From Actinomycetes bacterium (GTDB lineage Bacteria > Actinomycetota > Acidimicrobiia > Acidimicrobiales > Bog-793), in the NCBI GenBank assembly GCA_021838945.1, contig JAKCCH010000002.1, positions 6,441 to 70,440 of the forward strand: DNA of 64,000 bases, in the 5' to 3' direction. Below are positions 58,640 to 64,000 of this stretch, piece by piece. Position 1 is the stretch's first letter; every line of letters starts with the position of its first letter. Made by a program: the position numbers and the translations under genes. The notes beneath the pieces are model-generated. The model worked only from the letters and a program-made list of their open reading frames with translations. It ran no database searches and was not told where the DNA came from.

Positions 58640-59908
58640 CTAGTCGCTGACGCCCTTCGGCGCCTGCTGGTGCATGAAGCCGAACATGTAGCCGGCGATC
58701 CGCCGCATCTGGATCTCGTCCGCACCCTCGGTGATGCGGTAGCGACGGTGGTGCCGGTAGATGTGCTCGAACGGCTTGTGCCGCGAGTACCCGAGGCCGC
58801 CGTGCACCTGCATGGCCCAGTCAGCCGCATCACAACAGAGCCGGTTCGCCTGGTAGTTGCACATCGAGACCTTGTCCGAGACCGAGAACGCGCCGTAGCG
58901 GTCCATCATCCACGCCGTCTTGTGGATGAGCGCCCGCAGCATCTCGGCTCGCGTCTGCAGCTCGACGAGGGGGAATTGGATGCCCTGGTTCTGCGCGAGC
59001 GGCTTTCCGAAGGGAGCCCGCCGGCGTGCGTAGGCCACCGACTCGTCGATGCAGTACTGCGCCGCCCCGAGTGATGACGCCGCCTGGCGGATGCGGTTCT
59101 CGTTGAAGAAGTGCTGCACGACCATGAGCCCCCGGCCCTCGCCACCGAACACGGCGCTGCCGGGCACCCGCACGTCGCCGAGCCTGATGTGGGCGTGGTC
59201 GGTCGGCATGTTGAAGGTCCACAGGTACTCGACCACCTCGAAGCCCGGCGCCTCACGCGGCACCAGGAACGCCGTGATCCCGGCCGCGTCGCCGGGCGCA
59301 CCGCCCGTGCGGGCGAAGATCAGATCATGGGACGCCCGGTGGATCCCGGTGTTCCAGGTCTTCTCACCGTTGATGACCCACTCGTCCCCGTCGCGCCGGG
59401 CCGTCGTCTCCATGAAGGTCGCATCGGAGCCGTGCTCGGGTTCGGTGATGCCGAAGGAGAAGCCGCCGCGTCCCTCCGCCAGGTCCTCCACCCACTCCGC
59501 CTTCTGCTCCTCCGAGCCGTACTCGATCATGAGGAGGAGGCCGACGTTGTTGCCGACGACGGCGAACTCGTTCTGCAGGTCGCAGTGCAAGCCGAGGCCC
59601 TTCGAAGCGAGGTGCTCGCGGATGACGGCCATGTCGAGGTTCGTCCCGTCCCGGCCGCCGTACTCGGCCGGGAACGGGTAGCGGTAGTGGCCGGCCGCGT
59701 CCGCCCGGCGGCGGGCCTCGCCGAGCAACGCCTCCCACTCCTCGTTCGGCAGGCCGCCGCGCTCCCAGTCGGTCCTCGCATCCTCCCGACGATGATCGAA
59801 GAAGCGCACGTTGTCGCCCTCCGCCTCGAGCGGCCGGATCTCGCGCTCGATGAACTCGTCGAGCTCGGCGAGGTAGGCCCTCAACTCGTTCGGGATGTCG
59901 AAGTCCAC
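58640..59908 (-). CDS. Acyl-CoA dehydrogenase family protein
   Basis: 422 aa. FGITEPEHGSDA, a GxxW-type middle domain (INGEKTWNTG) and the C-terminal helical domain ending YRITEGADEIQMRRIAG. Confidence 0.85.
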   Translation of the reverse strand: MDFDIPNELRAYLAELDEFIEREIRPLEAEGDNVRFFDHRREDARTDWERGGLPNEEWEALLGEARRRADAAGHYRYPFPAEYGGRDGTNLDMAVIREHLASKGLGLHCDLQNEFAVVGNNVGLLLMIEYGSEEQKAEWVEDLAEGRGGFSFGITEPEHGSDATFMETTARRDGDEWVINGEKTWNTGIHRASHDLIFARTGGAPGDAAGITAFLVPREAPGFEVVEYLWTFNMPTDHAHIRLGDVRVPGSAVFGGEGRGLMVVQHFFNENRIRQAASSLGAAQYCIDESVAYARRRAPFGKPLAQNQGIQFPLVELQTRAEMLRALIHKTAWMMDRYGAFSVSDKVSMCNYQANRLCCDAADWAMQVHGGLGYSRHKPFEHIYRHHRRYRITEGADEIQMRRIAGYMFGFMHQQAPKGVSD

Positions 59909-59971
59909 ATCGCTCCTTCCCTGGCTCGGGGGGTCAGCGTAGGGGCAGGCGGCCTCGGCTGCCGAGGCGGG

Positions 59972-61501
59972 TCATGCCGCATCGACCGGCTCCAGCTCGA
60001 GCGCCGCCGCGACGTCGACGTCGACCGGCAAGGGCGCCGAGGCCTGGGCAGGCATCCGCACCATGACGGCCACCATGACGAGCGCCGCCAAGGAGAACAG
60101 CGCTCCGGCGGCGAAGGTCACGTCGAGCCCATGAACGACTGCCGTGCGGGCAGCAAGGCTGCCGGAACGGCCGAGCGAGGTGGCGGCGCCACCGGCGACG
60201 CCGTCGAAGATGGTCACGAGCACCGCCAGCCCGAGCGCTGCTCCGAGCTGTTGCACCACGTTGACGAGCCCGGACGCCGCACCGGCGTCACGAGGATCGA
60301 CACCGGCGAGCCCCGCCGCCGTCAGGCTGACGAACGAGATGCCCATACCGACACCGATAAGCACGAGCGAGGCGAACAGCTGTGGGTACGGCGTCGTGAC
60401 GTGCAGCTGCGTGGCAAGGAGGAGTCCCGATGCCGAGATGGCCGATCCGACCAGCATCAGCACCTTCGCCGGCAGGCGGTTGACGAGCACGCGGCTCGTG
60501 ATCTGTGAGGACACGAAGACCAACAGCGGCGTCGGCAGGAAACCGATCCCGGTCACCAACGCCGAATGCCCCTGGACGTCCTGGAGGAACTGCGTCAGGA
60601 AGAAGACCATCCCGTACATGCCCGCGTAGCCGAGGCCGCGGGCGAGGTTGGCGCCGGAACGGGTCCGGTCGGCGAGGATGCGCAGCGGCAGCACCGGCTC
60701 CGCCGCCGTGCGCTCGATCGCCACGAACGCGACGAGCAGGCCGACTCCGGTGACGAGGGGCGCGATCGTGAGCGGCGCGTGCCAGCCGGCCGAGCCGGCC
60801 TCCACGAGACCGAGGACGACGGCACCCATGCCGGCCGTCGACGTGAGGGCACCGGCCAGGTCGAAGCGACCCGAGCGTCGCTCAGTCTCGGCGAGGCAGG
60901 CGGCGCCGAGGACGACGACGGCGATCCCGATCGGCACGTTCACGAACATCACCCACCGCCAGGACGCCCACTGCGTGAGCAACCCGCCGGCGACGAGGCC
61001 GGTCGCCCCACCGGCCGCGGACACCGTCGTGTAGAGCGCGATGGCGCGCACGCGGGCAGCGCCCTCGGGGAAGATGCCGGTGAGGAGCGCCAACGCCGCA
61101 GGAGCGGCGAGCGCGGCGCCGACGCCTTGCACGGCCCGGGCGGCGAGCAGCATCCACGCCGAGGTGGCGAGCCCGCCCGCGAACGAGCTCAACGTGAACA
61201 GGCCGATCCCGGCCAGAAACGTGCGCCGCCGCCCCGAGAGGTCCCCCGACCGCGCACCGAGCAGCAGTAGACCGCCGAAGCTGAGCACGTAGGCGTTGAG
61301 AACCCACGAGAGCGAAGAGCTCGAGAAGGAGAGACTCCTCTGGATGTGAGGCAGCGCGACGTTCACGATCGTGGCATCGAGCACCACCATGAGCTGCGCC
61401 GACAGGATGACGGCGAGCACGAGTGACTGGTTCCGGCGTGGTAGGGCGCCGAGATCGCGCATCGGGGCGCGACGCGGCAGAGAGTTGGCTGGTTGAGCCA
61501 T
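59972..61501 (-). CDS. MFS drug/H+ antiporter, 14-TM DHA2 (EmrB/QacA) family
   Basis: ATG 61501 (MAQPANS); the track start 61507 is a TTG. LMVVLDATIVNVALPHI, LNAYVLSFGGLLLLGARSGDLSGRRR and AVQGVGAALAAPAALALL. Divergent from the TetR gene. Confidence 0.85.
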   Translation of the reverse strand: MAQPANSLPRRAPMRDLGALPRRNQSLVLAVILSAQLMVVLDATIVNVALPHIQRSLSFSSSSLSWVLNAYVLSFGGLLLLGARSGDLSGRRRTFLAGIGLFTLSSFAGGLATSAWMLLAARAVQGVGAALAAPAALALLTGIFPEGAARVRAIALYTTVSAAGGATGLVAGGLLTQWASWRWVMFVNVPIGIAVVVLGAACLAETERRSGRFDLAGALTSTAGMGAVVLGLVEAGSAGWHAPLTIAPLVTGVGLLVAFVAIERTAAEPVLPLRILADRTRSGANLARGLGYAGMYGMVFFLTQFLQDVQGHSALVTGIGFLPTPLLVFVSSQITSRVLVNRLPAKVLMLVGSAISASGLLLATQLHVTTPYPQLFASLVLIGVGMGISFVSLTAAGLAGVDPRDAGAASGLVNVVQQLGAALGLAVLVTIFDGVAGGAATSLGRSGSLAARTAVVHGLDVTFAAGALFSLAALVMVAVMVRMPAQASAPLPVDVDVAAALELEPVDAA

Positions 61502-61583
61502 TGACAACGACCTTTCCGCTGGTATCCTGAACTAAGCGGAAGCTTCCTCCGGTTAGTATACGGAGGGTGCCTCCGTTTTGCAA
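61501..61583. promoter_or_regulatory. Divergent promoters with candidate TetR operators
   Basis: Plus strand: TTGACA (61501-06), 16 nt, TATCCT (61523-28), for tetR. Minus strand: TTGCAA (61583-78), 17 nt, TATACT (61560-55), for the MFS gene. Inverted repeats: TTCCGCT/AGCGGAA (61514-20 / 61535-41) and CCTCCG/CGGAGG/CCTCCG (61546-51, 61561-66, 61570-75). Confidence 0.45.
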
Positions 61584-61621
61584 GCGGTAGGGCGCGCGGA
61601 AGACCTGTGGAGGTTCCGGTG

Positions 61622-62230
61622 ATGGCCGGACGGAAGAAGAGGACCACGGAGGGGGACGGGCACGAGAGCTCGGAGGAGTCGACACGACCGATGCGAGCCG
61701 ACGCGCGGCGCAACTACGAGCGCTTGCTCGAGGCGGCGCGCAAGGTTTTCGCCGACCAGGGCGGTGGCGCCTCCATGGAGGCCATCGCCAGGCAGGCAGG
61801 TGTCGGGGTGGGAACGCTCTACCGCCACTTCCCGAAGAGGGTCGCCGTGGTCGAGGCGCTCTTCCGCGACGACGTCGAGGTCCTCGTGAGCACGGCAGAG
61901 CGCGACGCCGGGCTCGATCCTTGGGACGCCCTCGCGCGATGGCTCCATGCCTACGTGGACTACTCGCGAACCAAGCGGACGCTCCTCAACGAGCTGCACG
62001 AGGCCTTCGACAAGAACCCGGACCTGAAGCTCGTGTCGCGCGACCGCGTCGTCGCGGCTTGCGATGCCGTCCTGCGCCGCGCCCAGGCGGCAGGGGTCGC
62101 CCGCCGCGACATCAGCGGGGAGGACCTGATGCAGCTCGTGAGCCCCATGTGCATCAGCGCCACGCTCACACCCGAGCAGGCCGACCGGCTGATCCCCCTC
62201 GTGCTCGATGGCCTGAGGGCCCACTCCTGA
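61622..62230 (+). CDS. TetR/AcrR-family transcriptional regulator
   Basis: ATG 61622 lies 8 nt after GGAGG. HTH: ARRNYERLLEAARKVFADQGGGASMEAIARQAGVGVGTLYRHFP. Confidence 0.9.
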   Translation: MAGRKKRTTEGDGHESSEESTRPMRADARRNYERLLEAARKVFADQGGGASMEAIARQAGVGVGTLYRHFPKRVAVVEALFRDDVEVLVSTAERDAGLDPWDALARWLHAYVDYSRTKRTLLNELHEAFDKNPDLKLVSRDRVVAACDAVLRRAQAAGVARRDISGEDLMQLVSPMCISATLTPEQADRLIPLVLDGLRAHS

Positions 62231-62287
62231 GCATGGTGCGGACCGGGAGGGACCCCGAGGACGACTGCATGCACCCGGACGAGTCGG

Positions 62288-63595
62288 ATGAAGCGCCTGT
62301 CGGAACCCGCGTCGCTATCTGAGCAGATCGCCGCGACGCTGGAGCCGGTCCTCGGCGACGCGGCCATCTCGAACCTCGAGCGGCTCTCGGGTGGCGCCTC
62401 GCGGGAGACATGGTCGTTCTCCGCCGGAGACCGGGAGCTCGTCCTGCGTCGTGACCCGCCGGGACGGCCCGGCGCTCCCGGCTCGATGGCACGTGAGGCG
62501 AGCGCGATCCGGGCGGCGCACCGAGCCGGCCTCTCCGTGCCGGCCGTGCTCGCCGAGGACGACGGAGAGCTCCTCGGGACAGCCGGCCTTGTGATGGCAC
62601 GGGTCCCAGGGGAGACGATCGCGAGGCGCATCCTCCGCGACCCGGAGTTCAGGGAGGCGCGGTCCGTGCTGACCCGGCAGATCGGCGCGTTCCTCGGCGG
62701 GCTGCACTCGATCGATCCCGGCGAGGTTCGCGGCCTCGCCGCCGACGACCAGCTCGAGTCGTACTGGATGGTTTACCAGCTCGTCGGCGACCGCAGCTTG
62801 ACCTTCGAGGCTGCCTACGAGTGGCTGGCCGCGAACCGGCCGCCTCCACCGTCGCAGCCGGCGATCGTGCACGGTGACCTGCGCCTCGGGAACCTCATCG
62901 TCGGTCCCGACGGCCTGCGCGCGGTGATCGATTGGGAGCTCGTCCATCTCGGCGACGCGCTCGAGGACCTGGCGTGGTTGTGCACGAAGGCGTGGCGCTT
63001 CGGGGAGGCGATGCCGGTCGCCGGCGTGGGCTCGGTCGAAGACCTGTTCGAGGCCTACTCGTCGGTGTCCGGCTCGGCCGTCGATCGGGACGCCTTCCAC
63101 TGGTGGCTCGTGCTCGGCACGCTCAAGTGGGGGATCATCTGCATGGGGCAGGCGGCCACCCACCTGTCCGGTGCCTTTCGCTCCGTCGAGCTCGCGGCGA
63201 TCGGCCGGCGGGTCGCCGAGCAGGAGTGGGACCTCCTCGAGTTGCTGGCTCCCGACGAGTGGGCGAGGGCGCGCGACGACGTGCGGGACGACGAGGCACC
63301 AGATGTCCCCGGGTTGCACGGGCGACCCACGGCCCGGGAGCTGCTGGAGGCGGTGCAGGAGTTCCTCACGGACCAGGTGATGCCGTCGACCGGCGGGCAG
63401 CTGTCGTTCCACGCGCGGGTGGCGGCCAATGCCCTCGCGATCGTGGACCGCGAGCTCGCCTCAGGTGCAGCGCAAGCAGCGAGGGCGGCGGCGTCAGGTG
63501 CGGGCGGAGCAGGCGAGCCGCCGGGCTGGGCGGCTCTTGCATCGGTCGTGCGCGACAAGCTAGCAGTGGCGAATCCTCGGCACCTCGGCCGCTGA
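62288..63595 (+). CDS. Phosphotransferase-family (APH-like) protein
   Basis: LERLSGGASRETWSF, IVHGDLRLGNLIV and VIDWELVHLGDALEDLAW (kinase-like HGD and DxE motifs). A C-terminal helical extension is present. Confidence 0.75.
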   Translation: MKRLSEPASLSEQIAATLEPVLGDAAISNLERLSGGASRETWSFSAGDRELVLRRDPPGRPGAPGSMAREASAIRAAHRAGLSVPAVLAEDDGELLGTAGLVMARVPGETIARRILRDPEFREARSVLTRQIGAFLGGLHSIDPGEVRGLAADDQLESYWMVYQLVGDRSLTFEAAYEWLAANRPPPPSQPAIVHGDLRLGNLIVGPDGLRAVIDWELVHLGDALEDLAWLCTKAWRFGEAMPVAGVGSVEDLFEAYSSVSGSAVDRDAFHWWLVLGTLKWGIICMGQAATHLSGAFRSVELAAIGRRVAEQEWDLLELLAPDEWARARDDVRDDEAPDVPGLHGRPTARELLEAVQEFLTDQVMPSTGGQLSFHARVAANALAIVDRELASGAAQAARAAASGAGGAGEPPGWAALASVVRDKLAVANPRHLGR

Positions 63596-63602
63596 GCGAC
63601 GG

Positions 63603-63647
63603 GCCGCAGGGCCTATCTGTAAGGAGCCGCAGGGCCTTATCTGTAAG
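63603..63647. repeat. 21/22-nt direct repeat between convergent genes
   Basis: gccgcagggcctatctgtaag (63603-63623) and gccgcagggccttatctgtaag (63626-63647). The second copy contains the TAA stop (63637-63639) of the minus-strand gene. Confidence 0.85.
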
Positions 63648-64000
63648 AGCCTGAGGGCGCCAACCGCAACGTTCGCCGCTGCTCGACGTCGTGGCCGTAG
63701 ATCATCATCGCCTCACGCTCGTCCGCGACGGACTGCAGCATCAGCGCGCTCTCCCGCGCGCGCTCGGGGTCGGCCTGGCCGTCCCATGCGTCGTGCTCGT
63801 AGTTGTCCTGGCAGTAGACGGCATCGCCGCAGATGACGACGGACCCCGTCTCGGGAAGATCGAGAGCGACGGACTGGTGCCCCTCGCAGTGACCGGGGGT
63901 GGGGAGGATGTCGAGGGCGTCGAAGAGCCGCGCCCTCCCGTCGAGGAGCTCGTAGCTGAGGACAGGGAGGTTCCAGTACTGGTTGGGGAAGCTCGGGTTG
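63637..64000 (-). CDS. MBL-fold metallo-hydrolase (lactonase-like), 3' part only; gene continues beyond the window
   Basis: My own translation of the minus strand: ...NQYWNLPVLSYELLDGRARLFDALDILPTPGHCEGHQSVALDLPETGSVVICGDAVYCQDNYEHDAWDGQ...MMIYGHDVEQ...SYR*. The TPGH motif and the late His/Asp contexts are typical of MBL hydrolases. This ORF is not in the track because it is open at the window edge. Confidence 0.6.
   Translation of the reverse strand, partial: NPSFPNQYWNLPVLSYELLDGRARLFDALDILPTPGHCEGHQSVALDLPETGSVVICGDAVYCQDNYEHDAWDGQADPERARESALMLQSVADEREAMMIYGHDVEQRRTLRLAPSGSYR

Overview
GC-rich chromosomal segment, apparently from an actinobacterium. Supporting hallmarks are FbiD/CofC, a mycothiol-type DinB-like protein, a fused PafBC, HU with a PAKKA tail, and an Ada-AlkA/Ogt pair. 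I call about 50 protein genes and see no rRNA, tRNA, CRISPR array, integrase or transposase. Most long alternative-frame ORFs in the track are Arg/Pro/Gly-rich shadows of real genes and were discarded. Start codons were re-picked by hand from Shine-Dalgarno (SD) sites and from ATGA/GTGA overlaps between adjacent genes.

Two regions stand out.

(1) A molybdenum/tungsten island.
- It contains a ModA/WtpA-type ABC importer with an XRE-HTH/PBP regulator (198-4497).
- It also contains a translationally coupled five-gene minus-strand operon (7487-13381).
- That operon encodes a class III nucleotide cyclase, MosB-like and MosA-like molybdenum-storage-protein subunits, a Tat-lipoprotein TupA-like binding protein with a roughly 105-aa Gly-rich insert, and an MFS transporter.
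- It has no ABC partner.

(2) An orphan module that looks derived from conjugation genes (22260-28503).
- It comprises a TM-less VirD4/TraD-like ATPase, a MOBF relaxase and a fused double HTH-WYL (PafBC-like) regulator. The relaxase has an intact HUH domain, but its helicase P-loop and Walker B are degenerate.
- The regulator lies co-directionally downstream of an Ada-AlkA/Ogt/DinB alkylation-repair cluster.
- The two convergent genes carry a shared, identically spaced 61-nt upstream element: GGTAAG-N6-GGAGTC-N16-GGTARG-N21-start.

Other notable items:
- a 927-aa secreted protein with two repeat modules
- a double-FtsX permease with two different ATPases
- a two-component system plus ABC-2 cluster, with a membrane-anchored ATPase and a DedA fusion protein
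- PHO-box-like repeats upstream of a phosphate MFS gene
- a decayed flavoprotein disulfide reductase pseudogene
- several short tandem repeats

All family assignments come from reading motifs by eye and need HMM/BLAST confirmation.
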